A stretch of DNA of 64,000 nucleotides, taken from Dicyema japonicum. Its lineage: Eukaryota > Animalia > Dicyemida. The position numbers were made by a program, and so were the translations under genes. Below, one piece after another: positions 1-12,539 of the stretch. The notes beneath the pieces are model-generated. The model saw nothing but the letters and a program-made list of their open reading frames with translations, had not been told where the DNA came from and made no database searches. The stretch is from NCBI GenBank assembly GCA_011109175.1, contig RDEW01000010.1:479837-543836 (forward strand), read 5' to 3'. Numbering within the stretch: position 1 is the first letter of the stretch; every line of letters starts with the position of its first letter.

Positions 1-299
1 TATCATTTTCGACATAAGAAATTCCACACAACAAACCAAAGTTTTCTTGAATAACGAAAAAACAAAATCTGTCAGAACTCTGTTGTTGGAAATGATTAAG
101 TTCTTTAGACGTAAAAACTTCTAAATTTTTTGATTCCATTATTTTCAATAAACATTTATAGGTGAGTTAAAGACAATGAAAAGTTCAACCTTATCTCTGC
201 CATTCAGAGAGAAATGATAACCTCCTAAGAGGTTCACTACAAATTCCACATTGTCCGATAGAATTTAAAAAAAACGTTTATCTAGTAAAGATTCACTCT

Positions 300-520
300 G
301 ATGTAGGTTACAGGAGCGAATGTCTCGGTGCAAGTGACGTCTCAGACAAGCGGATTCGCGGCTTCAAAGAGGAAGGTTGTCATCCCACCGGGTCGTTTCT
401 CGTCACGTTACGAAGGCCGACTGGTTCGAGCATAGAAAGGTGTCCGGCAGCCTCCAAAGCTCGTCTAACGATTTCATTCAAAACCATGTGTCTGGGAGAT
501 ATGCCCAAACTCGAAACTAG
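300..520 (-). mobile_element. CRE-like non-LTR retrotransposon fragment (restriction-like endonuclease region)
   Basis: Minus strand reads VLNEIVRRALEAAG...EPVGL, matching the other CRE-type remnants in the window (e.g. INGVIAWGLKAAGFLVQLEPLGL at ~34950); degenerate. Confidence 0.5.
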
Positions 521-886
521 ACCTGATACTATTCAAGACACTAGGACTTCATGTCTAACACAATCAAACTTTTAAAGACGATCGGGTACATTATCTTTGA
601 TTTTTGAGACTCATTTCTTGGATTGTCCGGTTTTAAGACAATCCAAATTATAAGACTTCCCAGTTTTCTGGGACATATCCATATCGTTTACTTGCATCAA
701 ATAGACTTTAGAGAAACTCAATTAGACTTTTTGGTCGCTTTTAAACAGTTTCCTCCTCACTTGTTTATAACTGAATACGTTGCTCCTGTACAGGAATTGG
801 GCATTTCCTGAGTAGAGTGGGTCCGATAACGCCACTAGAAGGAAGAGAAATCTTCAATCAAGTATACACGTGGCACGACGCGGTAC
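520..886 (-). mobile_element. Structured-head element (copy K) joined to an Ingi/I-group RT fragment
   Basis: Head ACCGCGTCGTGCCACGTG; P1 GGCGTT/AATGCC; hairpin TCCTG/CAGGA; followed by GYVPENW..VLKP and FDCVRH RT remnants. Confidence 0.5.
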
Positions 887-889
887 AAA

Positions 890-3060
890 TATTATTATAA
901 GCACTCCCGAGAAGTCAAAAAGTTGATCAAGCTTCTCTTGTGTCACGTTCATAACAATTTCGTTAATTATCCTCTTCAAAGTAGTTTCTTGCTTTTTCTT
1001 TTAAGTAGTCAAGGTCTTCTGCTTCTTTAAGTTTCTTCAATATTTTTCAGTTCCTGGTTCAAAATAGATGGTAGTGTAGCTCTTGTGCGTAAAAACATAA
1101 TAGCTATAAATTCACTCATGCAGCATTCGAAACAGTCCTTCAAACCAACTTTTTAACCTCCTCGATCGTAAGACAGTTTCCTTAGCTCGTCCAGGTCGTC
1201 TCCACTTCTTAGACTTTTCTCACAAGCTTTAGATCTCCATCAAGTGTTTCTGGAAGTGTAGTACGCCGCCGTCCACGGAAACAAAGTCTCTGTCTCATGT
1301 AGTAATCCTCCATTGCTATGTTGGCTGGAGCACCCAAGTCCATTCTTTAGATATGTCCAAATAGCCTCCAACGCATATCAACAATTTCGAGACTCAGTGG
1401 ACACGTACACATCTCATGTATAGTGATTCATTGTTTATTCTTGCTGGCCAGTTCAGATATAAGTTTCCTTCGATGAATAGAATCTAGTTTAAGTTGTTCA
1501 GTTTTGGACGTCCCCCAAGGACGATGAATTGTATATTAGGATCGGCTTGACAAAGGCTTCATGCAATCTCAAACGAAGTGATGTGCATGTTGATTGCTAC
1601 CCAAGCGAGGGCCTTCCTTTTGGCAACATCTTGGCTGTCTCCAAGTAAAGAGCCGATCCACTCTCAAACGATAGCCAATCCACTCTTTCTTCAATTGTTC
1701 ATCGCTACCCAAGCGAGGGCCTTTCTTCTGGCAATATCTTGGTTGTCTCAAAGTAAAGAGCCAAATTTGTTCGTTTTATGCCACATTTCACTTGATCTGC
1801 TTTCCATTCTCCTGATTTCCACAATGTCGGTTTTTGTTCATTCTAAGGAACCATCTGTTCAGCTCAGCAGTGCCACCTCGAGGAGTCGAAGTAGGCCGAT
1901 TTGTCTTCTGACGCAAAGTCGACGTCGTCCGCGTAAGCAATTTCGACGATGTTGCCATCTTAGAACTTCCGAAGGTCTCGTAATGCCTTTTCCAGATATA
2001 TGACAAATAGCAGGGGCGAGAGAGAATCTCAATTAGGAGTACCAACATTGCAGGTAAATTCACGGGAAAACGTCTTACCGACCCGCACTCTGAGCTTCGT
2101 GTTAGATCATACTGACAGAACAGGGTCCAAGAATTGTTTCAGTATCCTGAGAAGTAGTGTTGCACTTTCAAATCTCTGGTTGATAGCGCAGCGCCACTTG
2201 TGACCCCATACTACATCCGCAGTGGATCTTCCTGTCCTGAATCCACTGTGACTAGGGGATAGATAGTTGTCCACTTGTTCTCTGATTCAGTTCAACGTAA
2301 CTAATGCCAGAAGTTTCCGTAAGGTTTAGCAGGATTATTGGACTTAGGTTTTCATCAGGCCCAGTATGCTTGTTAGGTTTTTGTATTGGTATTAATAGTC
2401 TTTTTATAAACATAGAGTTGAGCTATTCCGCCAGTATGTCTGTTAGTGCAGGCGTATTTGAGAAGTTCTGAATTGATTCCATCCGGTCCAGGGGAGCGGC
2501 CATTCTTAAGTTTGACCATTGCATTTGAGAGTTCGCCAGGTGTGATAGCTTTATCGAGTTGGGTGGCGTATCCACAAGTATGATCAGATATTTCACAGTG
2601 GACAGTTAATATACCCTCGAAATACGACGCAATGTATTCAGCCTGATCTTTGGGATTTGTTAATTTTCTATGCCCGTCATGGAGTTTGAGTTTGTTCGTC
2701 TGTTTTTTTCTGTTGAGCAGACGGATTGTAGCGAACATTTTTATGAGTCCTTGAACTGTTCAATTTCTGCAACTCTTGGATCAAGTAGGTTAGTGGCGTT
2801 CTTATTCAAAATCTTGATGGTTTTCTGGGTAGATGTTCTTCTAGACTTCAAGATTTGTTTCCTGTTCGGATCAGACGTATTTCCGGTTGTAATCTTAGTT
2901 CTTTATGTTTTTATCGAGGGCGGGACATCTGGGTGTATACATTTTTTAAACAGTGCTGGGGACCTGGTTCCAATACTCCCATTTGCTGCCGAAAGGATCC
3001 CTTTCATTATCTCCACCCAGATGCCTCCTGGAGGAAGCCTCGCATCCAGGTTTCGGAGGA
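890..3060 (-). mobile_element. Degenerate RTE-clade LINE(s): RT region plus two tandem 3' ends
   Basis: KLKNGRSPGPDGINSELLK (2373-2738), GFRTGRST-like motif, GSLLGDSQDVAKRK, WRLFGHI..APANIAM; many stops and frameshifts. Confidence 0.8.
1596..1762. repeat. Internal tandem duplication (~108-bp period) within the RTE remnant
   Basis: GCTACCCAAGCGAGGGCCTT...AAGTAAAGAGCC occurs at ~1596 and ~1703. Confidence 0.8.
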
Positions 3061-3140
3061 ATCTCGTAACCAATTTCCCTGCGAGACTTTATTGTAATAA
3101 ACCAAAAATCACCAGGTTAATCAAAAATCACCAAACACTT

Positions 3141-3438
3141 TAATAATAATAATAACAGCCTTTTCACGAGAGACATAAGATATTTATAGCTCCGCATAGG
3201 CAGGACACACACTTTATTTAAGTAAAGAACAGTTAATTTTAACTAATTTTTTTTCTTGTGTGTGAGTCCTTACTAGACAATCCAGTTCCGCAGAGAGTAT
3301 CCACTGATGACGGCGTCACTTGTCAAACCCTTTCTGCATAGTAGATGCGTGGAACCTTCCACCAGGTGAACAGCAGGGAGAATCGAACCCGTAACCTAAG
3401 CCACTTTAGCCCGACACCTAACCACTATGCCATCCGGC
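3141..3438 (-). mobile_element. tRNA-derived SINE (copy S1)
   Basis: A box TGGCATAGTGG, B box GGTTCGATTC, core AAGGTTCCACGCATCTAC..GCGGAACTGG, (TTA)n tail; probable TSD AAACACTTTA/AAGCACTTTA. Confidence 0.85.
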
Positions 3439-3514
3439 TAGTAAGCACTTTATTAAATTTAAAAATGCATCAATTAAAAAAAATTAATTCAATTTAAAAT
3501 TTAAGAATTGTTAT

Positions 3515-3982
3515 ATGGCCAGTTGGTTAATTAGACAAATAAAAACACGATTTAACATAACAAATCGTGCTATTGAACATTTGGATAAATCTTACAAATC
3601 AAAAGCCTGCAGAAATAATCCACAGCCTTCCGATGGTGGTTCACTTAGTAATTTATTAGATCAATCCACGGCGGATATTCAAGATTTGATAAAAAATATA
3701 AACAAATTCAATATTTCCAGTCGTAATCAAATATCAAATGACACTGTAATTCAGGAATCTTCTGATCTTTCTGTGCCACGTGGTTACCTGTCTGTACAAA
3801 TGATCTCTGATTTGCTGATGGATTACAAGGAAAGCTATCCGAATGTCGACTATAATGTATTTTGATGCATTACTTAGGTGCTATCACAAAAATATAAAAC
3901 TCCCCTCAATGTGATTGGAAAGCACGTGCAATGCTTTGTCTTTGTTGTTGTGCCAAAAAAGGAACTAATCAATGATAAATAA
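3515..3982 (+). CDS. NDUFAF4: Mitochondrial complex I assembly factor NDUFAF4-like; 2 exons, intron 3857-3877 (21 nt)
   Basis: N-terminus RFNITNRAIEHLDK resembles RNFNLENRAEREISK; C-terminus VPRGYLSVQMISDLL..LSQKY resembles IPKGKISIVEALTLL..IMQEY; the GT-AG intron removes an in-frame TGA; stop TAA 3980-3982. Confidence 0.7.
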
Positions 3983-4199
3983 TAAAATTGAATCTAAATG
4001 TTTCTCTGTCAGTTATAACGGTAACACCCTTGCAATCTCCTCTTTAAGGTTATTGATGCGATGCTTACTCCTCTCATAGAGATAGGAGGACTTCACGGAT
4101 TTATCCACTGTCTTTTCAAATGAAAAAAAACAGGCGGATAAGGGAAATGTAAGTACCCGTTTTATATGGGCTTGTGCCAAATGGACTCGAACTACCGAG

Positions 4200-6900
4200 A
4201 TTGGATAGTTTCCCTCTCATCGATGTTCAGCATCTTTGGGAGAAACGATTCATGTTCAGAGGTAGGTTTTGTCTTTATTAGACAAACTCAAGGTCACTAA
4301 GAATAAAGGCGTTAAACAGTAACTAGGTGACCCCAGCTTTCATTCTCCTTCTATAATTCATTTGCCGTCTCCATGAAGTGTCTCCGAGCATGTACGTAGA
4401 TAAACTTGATTTGAGCATCTTTACGACCAATCGACTTTTCTCTGAACGGAGGATTATGCTCATGAAAGAATTTCATGGTTCTTTTCGAAGACGCCGAAAA
4501 CCACGACCGTAGCTAAAAGGTAATATTAGTTGTGTTTTATTGCGGATCGAGTTTATTTTTCTGAGCTTCATGAAGGAAAGGCCAAATCTCTACATGGCGG
4601 GCGTATCCCACCAATCTGAAGATCACATGATGATAAAGTTTGTTGATTTAGCCCTCAGTTGGTAGGGGACTCCTGCTTTACTATTGCATTCAGAGCATTC
4701 CACTTCCAAACCCTTTGTCGGGATTTTTTGGCTTAACATGTGAAAATCACCTGCGTGTTGTAAGTGATTCCAAAAATCTTCAGAATCTTTGATCCCCGAG
4801 CCTTTCCGAGGAAGATTTCAGGAGTTCCATATATTTTCTATCCAAAGTGAACATCGTAAATCGTGATTTTTACTGACACCGACAATCTGTTTACGGATAA
4901 GGTGCTACTGGACCCCCAGGAATGGAGATCTATTCTTTGCACTGATAACGACATTTCTGAATCAATGCCGGAAGAGCGGAATTGGTAAAATAAAGTCAGC
5001 ATTGGAAGAATGTCTAATACTTTTTGAGAGTACATACGACGAGTTTGCTTATAAAGTGTTGCAATAGACTCATCCAAAATAAAGGGTCCTCTTCTACGAC
5101 TTCCTGACAGAAAGTTGGCCAATCACAGTTTCAAGTTTAGGTGTATTTTTGAGGTAAAAGTTTTCTAAATGAGAAGTTTTCTTGGAACCGTGTCGAATGC
5201 TTTATTAATGTCAATTTTAATTGAAGTCACGTGGCGCCATATGGTGGTATGTGGCTAATTGGTTAAAAATTTATCTTCCTTTCCTCTGATGACGTCATTG
5301 GATCTACCTTACTAAGGAGACGCCCGATGCCTCGCCGGTATTCAAAAGGATCTAACTATTCTTTCAACCGGGAGACAATTTCGTTACCTGGGGACGAGTT
5401 CTGGAATCTCTTGAACGCGTCAGGAGTTAGTTTGGTTTTACACTTGGTCTTTGGAATAATTTTATTTATTTTAATGAAGACCATCGTTGTATACATGGGG
5501 GTGGCAGTAGTACTAAAGTCAGGCAATAATTGTGACAGCGTTAATAAGTGTTGGAATCCAGACTAAGGAAGAGATGGAGTAATACCCGAGACTATGGGGG
5601 TTTGCAAGAACTTTTGATAGTGTGGAACCCATGGAGATGGACCTTTATGGAGTAGAATCTCCCTTCGATTTTCCGGCCTTCAATAATGGTGTGGTAAGCT
5701 AATTTTATTGAATCTTGAGAATTTGAAGTTTAAAGACAGATTGATTCACGTGAGGTGTCAATTACGTAGTGGGTCATATGTTTTGGATGAATTGAAGATA
5801 CTTTGTCGGGGTCGCAGACCAGTGAACTCTAATCAGGCGATAACTTCCAAAACATGTTGAAAGCTTTCCCGTTCCGCTTGCATTCCTCAATCTAGGGTTT
5901 TCCAGAAATGGCGGGATGAACTTTTCCTGTTGAAGTGACTGACCAAATGTCGCCATCTCTGGTTCTAGTGTTCTCTTATGTTCAAGCTGATGTTCTCATT
6001 AAGTTGTCTGATGGTTTCCAAAAGGTTCGAGTCTATTGTTTTAGAAGGTGGGTGTGCGGGAGTTGAGGTACAAAATTTGTATATGAAAGAGGAATAAGCA
6101 CATTGTCAGTCTTCTGAATGGCCACACTAATAATTTTCGCGGTCTCATCTATCGATTGTATTTGTGATGAGAGTCATCCGGCCAATTCTGTCAACAAAGT
6201 TACTGAAACCAAACCAATCTACTTTCATGTAGTTCATAAATCTTGGTTTCAATCTGTTGTATGCTCTCTCATTGAAATCCTCTAACTTTAGCAGGATGCG
6301 ACCATTTTATGAGGCAAGTCCTGCTAAAGAAGGGAAACATAAGGCAAGATCGGGGATGTGCAACCATCAGTACTCTTTAATGGGGGTTCTAGTGAATCTT
6401 CAGGATCATTCAAGACAATCATATCATTAGGACCATTTGCGCTGAGCTCACTTCGATTGTCAGAGAACCAAAAAGAGTGTCACGCATTGAGTTCACTACA
6501 TAGTTTGGAGATGTTCTTCAATACAGAAAGGTAGGACAGTTTGGAGACGTAGAATGTGGGGTCAGGATCTCTGTGGATGTACAAATTGGACAAGGCGATC
6601 CAAAAGGTTGAGAATAGCTGAAATTGATTGTAATCTGCCTCATATATCGTCTGACTCGAAAGTTTTGAGTTTTGCGGACCTGTGTCCGTAAGATGATATG
6701 TCTTCCTTCACCTTGGCATCTTGCGGATGACAGTGTATTTGAGGAGAGAAATTGTTGGTGGAGAAGTGAATAGATTCCTGAATGGGAGCAAAGTAAACAT
6801 GGTTCTCTGAGAGGAGAGCCAAAGTTTGCTTCGATACCGCCACATACGAGAATCACTAGTCCAGACATATTGTAGGTTAAGGGAAGCATCACAAGTGACG
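4200..6900 (-). mobile_element. Degenerate Ingi/I-group LINE remnants (APE endonuclease and RT), interrupted by a short element at 5227-5472
   Basis: LLSENHVYFAPIQES (EN), DINKAFDTVPR..LANFLSG (RT). Confidence 0.6.
5227..5472 (+). mobile_element. Structured-head short element (copy D, tail type ii)
   Basis: 5' hairpin CACGTGGCGCCA-TA-TGGTGGTATGTG; fold GACGTC/GACGCC, GATCT/GGATC, CCTT/AAGG, ATGCC/GGTAT; tail CTTGGTCTTTGGAATAATTTTATT. Confidence 0.7.
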
Positions 6901-7559
6901 ATCCAATGTAGTGGGAAAAGTTGGTGTCACTATTTATTTTTTTCGGAATTGATGAAACCTATTCGGGAGCCACAAGTCATCACGCCAACATTCATAGATT
7001 ATCAAATGCAAAAAAGTTGGCTCATCTCCCAATTTTTTGACTCCGTGCTTTTCCTAAAAATCAAACCCCGTTAATAACCTTAAAGTTTTTTCTATATTTC
7101 TACATTAAATTCTTTTCCCTGTTGATTCACTAAATGGACAAGGTAGTGGTTAAAATACAGAATTTTGTAGAAACTGGAAAAAAAGTAGTGAATTCTTTAG
7201 CTGAGGTTGTTTGATGGAAGGGGAATTTTCGAAAGTGTTCTTTGAAGTAGTGGATTTGACTAGTGAAAGGTTGAGTAGTTAGGATCAATTAATAGTTAGA
7301 GATATTTTAAGCTACGTATTTCGATGGATTAAAAAATTTTTTTAAATTTATAGCAGGTCATTAAAGCTTAATGCTATTAATGGTGATATTTTGTTAATAA
7401 AAATATTTCATTAAAGAAAAGTTAAGTACTCAAATCGAAATTTTAATCAATCGATATTCTTCAAGTGAATGGGAAAGCTTCTTACAAGTGCTTTCAAATC
7501 ATTCATCCATTCACGATTATCACTTGAAACTGAAAAGCTTACTCAGTTATTATTAAGGA

Positions 7560-7810
7560 CTTTATTTATTTATTTAATAACCCCGAAAAGGGAACACCAA
7601 GAAGAAGGAGTAATCCAACTAATTAAGTGATCCCGGTACGCCTCAACAGGATCGAGAGGTTTTTCCTGTGTTCCTCCAGAGTACCCACGGCTTTCCTGAA
7701 TAAACGACGATCATCTTTCATTAGGGTTTGAAGAGGAGTGGGGTTTTTCCCCAAATTTCGTGTATTTGAAGCCTTTAGCCTTGTACATTGATTTATTTTG
7801 TACAATTCAC
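7560..7810 (-). mobile_element. Ingi/I-group LINE 3' end
   Basis: ORF end LLRRTGIT*, 3' UTR nearly identical to 34070-34229, (TAAA)n tail. Confidence 0.7.
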
Positions 7811-9074
7811 GTGGAAACCCAAGATAATGTCTTTCCTGTTATCGTTAGGCAACATGAAAAATTCATTTAACCAAAAACGTCAGGAATCCCTAGGCCACAA
7901 GCGGACGATATAGTACGTCAGATCGGCTCAATGATGCAAAGGGTTACCACCAAGGATCTACCCTGGATGGCTTTGAGAGCGTATCTCAATAGCTATTGTC
8001 AGAAAGAAGAGACTGACCTTAAAGCTCCATAGATCAATTTAATTATCTTTAGTATAATTATTTTGTTATTAACTTGAAAGAAATAAACCAAAAACTCAAA
8101 ACAAGGCGAAATTGGGTTCGTGATCGTGAAGGGTAACTCTCAATCTGTGGTCAGTGCATGTTAATTAAAGATATTAACGAAATGTAATTGCATTTTGAGC
8201 CGTAATTAAGCGTTTCATCTTTATTAAAATTATTAATATTGCATCATCATTTTATTCAAAATCAATCATCCAAAGCAATTGTTATTTCGAGTAAGTTATG
8301 AATGCCTTTGTCATCAGTTTTTTGCAATTTTGAACAACCAAAACAGGTTTATGGTGAGTTGTGAAACGTGACTTGTATGTTCCCTTAATACTTTGTAGCG
8401 GATTAAGGTCTATATTCTCGAGGATTAAATTATTCCTTGTTGTGACAATACCCAATGTCAAAACATTGAACATAGATTATTTTCAAAAAAACTCATTGAT
8501 CTTACCGACATCAGCATCTTTAAGTGAGATGTGAGAGTTTAAGACGCCTAAACTTGCCTATCAATGCTTTCGAGGAGAAGACCTTATCCGTTCAAAGTGT
8601 TATCAGAATATCATTGCTATCCTTCAATTGTTCGTTGATCTTTCATTTCCTTTAAGGTAGACTGGGCCATCCACCGATTCTCTTATATATTTTTCCATTC
8701 GCCTGAATGATCTCCCGGTGATCAATTAATCACGACAAATGATCGTGTTCCTTCAATGGCTAAACTGGCATCAAATGAGGATGTGATCATCCAACGTTCA
8801 TTGATTTTAATTATTTTTGTTGTCAAAACATAACAACTTGTCCTTGAAAATTGGCATTTAGTGGTTTATGCTGTTCGAGGAAATGCTAATTATCATAACA
8901 TCAGGAGGTGAAATGGTCATTTTTGTAAATTTGCACTATTTATAGTAAAGAAAAAACTCATTTTTTAATTAATTCAAATTCAAAGGAAAAGATAAGGAAA
9001 ATTCATAAAATTATCATATAGAAAGCGCGTCCGACCTTGGCATTATGATAATTGCGCTGGTTTAATAATGCATA

Positions 9075-11520
9075 TTGAGTGACGTACACTGTCACATGGA
9101 TTGTATGGGTCAGCTATTCGGGTTGGTAATTATGCCTTTCCAGCTAACATTACTACTTGTCCTTATTTTTAGGAGTTTTGACATTAAACTGTTATCCACT
9201 TCTCTACTCATTATGGAGAATTATTCCAACGTGGGTCAGAATAAGACATATTCGACCTACACCTCAAATAATGGACTACCAAAGATCCCTTCCATGGAAT
9301 TTTGTATCGGGATTTTTGCCAAGATTCAGAAAAACAAGTGGACTGGAAATTTTAGCGAGTCCTCACAGCATTTGTTGATCGTCTACCACATCATTAGACA
9401 ACTACAAAAATCCTACTGGATGTTCCCCGACATTGAACCCTCCATGCTGCTGGATATTATGGGTCTCTGCAGTGATTGCCGTACAATTCGATCCTTTATC
9501 GATTGTTTGAACAGCTCCACTCACTCAATCTCCAAACTTCTAACATTATCCATCCTCAACTCACTCCTTCCCGGTTCCCTGTCTGATTATATGAGCATGG
9601 ATACCGGCAATTTCAAAACACTGACTCTCCTGTGCCGTGATTTCCGTCATTTTGGCTCCCAGGACTCTAATTTGTTATTTTCTGATTACCTGAATTTCTC
9701 AGACATGGAAGAGAAGAATTCACTAACGTACCACACTTCCCCCGTCTCACAAAACGAGATTTCAAGACTACAGATAAAATTTTGCCATTATTGCCTGAAA
9801 TTATGTGAAAAACTCGTCATTGAAGGTACAGATCTCTCCTTCTTTTGGCAAAATGGGTGCATAGATTGTATCTTCTCTTTAATAACCGAAAATTGTTCTA
9901 CCAGACAACAGGCTTTAAAAACTTTGGCCACTTTTGTTCTTTTTTCTACTGATCATCGTCAAGTTGCGACTATTCAGAGTATTTTGGACCCCCATTCGCT
10001 GTCCTTGATCTCTTGTGATTCTTTGGAAGAAACGTTGGACGCTGTCCTTTATTCTGTGATCATCTTTTACGGAAGTGGGGACGTGGGAAAGTTTCCGCAG
10101 TTGCATTGCCAGATCATGAAGTTTATTGAAGTCCACTCCATCTCCCATAATCATGGATCTCTTGATCTGGTCGAGTCTTCACTTTGGTTCGATAATTTGA
10201 TCGAGTTCTTCACCGAAAATCTTGATATTCCTGTTTTCTCCATAATCCCTTTGAGATTGGCCGCTCAATCACCTCGTGCTCTCTCCCGACTTCACGAGGT
10301 TTCTTCATTTAAAACCGACCATTTAGAACCTAAAAAGCAGTCCACGGACAATCTTGGCTCTCGAAAAAGCCTCAGCGATGGGCTGTGGTGCTGTGAATCA
10401 ATCCGTTTCGAAGTTGTTTTGTGTTCTAAACCGAATTTTTATTACTCCTTTGCCGAGAAACGTCATGGATTGGGATATTTTGGACTTGAAGAAGTGGCTT
10501 TCCGTTATTGGTGATGTGTTTGCTCATTCTAGGATTTCCGTTATCTCACTACATCGACTTTAGGAAACATTCTCAGTGGTTTTTCAACGAGATTCTTATC
10601 TGTGGACCAATTTCAGAAATTCAAAAAGTCCTCAAATTGGATATGAAATTTCCCTGTCAGTTTAATCGGTTTATTTTGAACTCTAATTGCAGATTTCGAC
10701 AGGAGGTTGAGTTTTTGAGGAAGTGGGCCTCGCTTTTAGTCCGGAAGATCACTGAGAATTGCGATTCCAAGTCTTTTGAGTCCAAGAGATACGCTCGGTT
10801 GTCTTTTTCTGAGGAAGATCGGGTCTCCACTGATTTCCATGCCTTGCAGGTGGACGAAAAGTCTGGTCAAACAAGTCCTGGTCTTTTAAAAACGGGGGTT
10901 ATTTTGAAAATGTTATTTTAGAATGCAACAGGCAAATCTTGTTTTTTGACAAAACCCATGTTCGCACAGTTTTCACGAGCACTCCCAGGGAGCCTCAATA
11001 TTTTGACGTTTTCATTTCGTATCGACGGGATTATGGGTCTCACATTGCCAGGTTGGCCGGATTGATCAATCTAGTCTTTTACATTGTATTTTCAAGGTTC
11101 GTGGAATAAAGTCATTTTTGGATGTAACTACGCTGAGTTCTGGATGTTTTGAGTCGTCACTCGTGGAATCGATAGCAAAGAGTAAAAACTTTATAGCAAT
11201 TCTCTCGCGAAATGCTCTCGATCGTTGCTATGAGGACGAGCAAGTCGAGGACTACTTTCACCTGGTTATCATCTGTGGTTATATCTCAGGAAATTCGTAC
11301 TGCTATGGAGAGGAATAAAAATGTGATTCCAATTTTCCTTGATTTCAATACTCCAGATGTTAGTAGACTCCCAAAAGTCTTTGGTTCATTTTTGACTCGA
11401 AATGGAGTCACGTGGAATCATGAGTATCAAGATGCTTGCATCGACAAAGTCATCTCTTTCCTTCTTCCTGTCACTGACTGTGAGATTCTGACCACTCCTT
11501 TGAGTATGTCTAGCATTTGA
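9075..11520 (+). CDS. SARM1: SARM1-like NADase (divergent N-terminal region, SAM, TIR); multi-exon; start codon uncertain
   Basis: Spliced TIR: DVFISYRRDYGSHIASLL..FLDVTTLSSGCF..ALDRC..DYFHLEIRTAM..NGVTWNHEYQDACIDKVISFL, colinear with human SARM1 TIR. SAM: PRNVMDWDILDLKKWLSVIGF. Introns 10299-10326, 10511-10532, 10669-10692, 11052-11074, 11265-11289; one further intron near 10881-10921 is uncertain. Confidence 0.9.
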
Positions 11521-11784
11521 TTTAGCTACTTTTTGTAAAATAGATTTTTAATTCTTACACTGTTAGCTTCTTTACTTCTCCAGACGATTAGGGCACTATG
11601 AAGAGTTCATTTTGCTGAGTCACTTAGTGAGACAGTATATGTAAACCAAATGAGTCACACCTAACTTTTAAAGGGGAGATTCGGGAAATGTAGTCTATTT
11701 TGGCTGGCCTATCGAGAATTTTGAGGAACGAATTCAAGAAGGAAGGAGCCAATCTGCTGGCCATTTGAGCAAATGTCGTTCGCC

Positions 11785-12098
11785 ATCCTGAGAGGGAGTA
11801 GTGTAATAAGTGTCGGGCAAAAGGCCTGATTGCCCCCAGTTCGAATGCTGTACTTTCTGGCTGAACGTTCCACACAGCTACGATGCTTTGGCTTGACGAT
11901 TAACACCGTCATTAGCGAACATCTCACTGCGGAACCGGATCGTCTACAAAAGGACTCACACCCAAAAAAAGACATGAAGAGCATTCCTTGGTTCTCCCTC
12001 AAAGATTAGTTATGATAACTGTTTTTTACTTAGCTAAAGTGTGTGTTCTTCTGAAAGGAGCTATAGCTAATATGACTCTTCGTAAATAATAATAATAA
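11785..12098 (+). mobile_element. tRNA-derived SINE (copy S2)
   Basis: GTTCGAATGC B box, core GTTCCAC..TGACG/CGTCA..GCGGAACCGG, shared tail, (TAA)n end. Confidence 0.75.
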
Positions 12099-12530
12099 CG
12101 CCAGAGACCACGGTTACACAAACTAACTAATCACGTGATCTCAGCACGCTCTAGCAGGACCTCATTTCGGCCCGATGCTCCTCCCTCGACCCCACACAAG
12201 CACGTATCGGTCGAGTTACTGGACCTTCGTAGTCACGACGGCGCGTTCCATGGTTCATTCGTATCAAGGCTTCAAGAGGCATTGGTGGCTGGAACTCTCA
12301 GAAATCCAGCGTTCCGTGATTTTGGAGGCTCTTTTCAGGCTAGCCTCGATCTTCAAGACATTCGTCCAAGAGATGAATGGGCCCCATATACCACATGCAT
12401 AAGAGATGCATGGTTCAATGAATTGTTTATATACAGTGCTCAAATAGAATGCTTTCGATCCTCCAGAAGCCTGTGAGGCATTTCAGAACATTAGTTTTTT
12501 TTCGCATTTCGTAATTACGTTTTCATATGT
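12095..12530 (-). mobile_element. LINE 3'-end unit, inverted partner of 15740-16210
   Basis: Reverse complement matches 15740-16210 (ORF end followed by TTAGTTAG..ACCGTGGTCTC..TTATTA). Confidence 0.75.
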
Positions 12531-12539
12531 TGCCCCAAT

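Noticed and set aside
3303-3330. CTGATGA in the SINE core as a hammerhead ribozyme (also at ~42228)
   Set aside because: No GAAA after a stem II; the motif is part of a TGACG/CGTCA hairpin and lies opposite to the Pol III transcript strand.
6800-6865. ILVCGGIEANFGS as a second 2A motif
   Set aside because: Lacks D and NPGP; better explained as the frameshifted start of an APE domain.
8720-8733. 14-bp exact match GATCAATTAATCAC shared with 62867-62880
   Set aside because: Matches of this length are expected by chance in 64 kb of AT-rich DNA, and the flanks do not extend convincingly.
9075-10514. The 479-aa ORF as a stand-alone protein
   Set aside because: It is the 5' part of SARM1 read through micro-introns; the true frame changes at intron 10299-10326.
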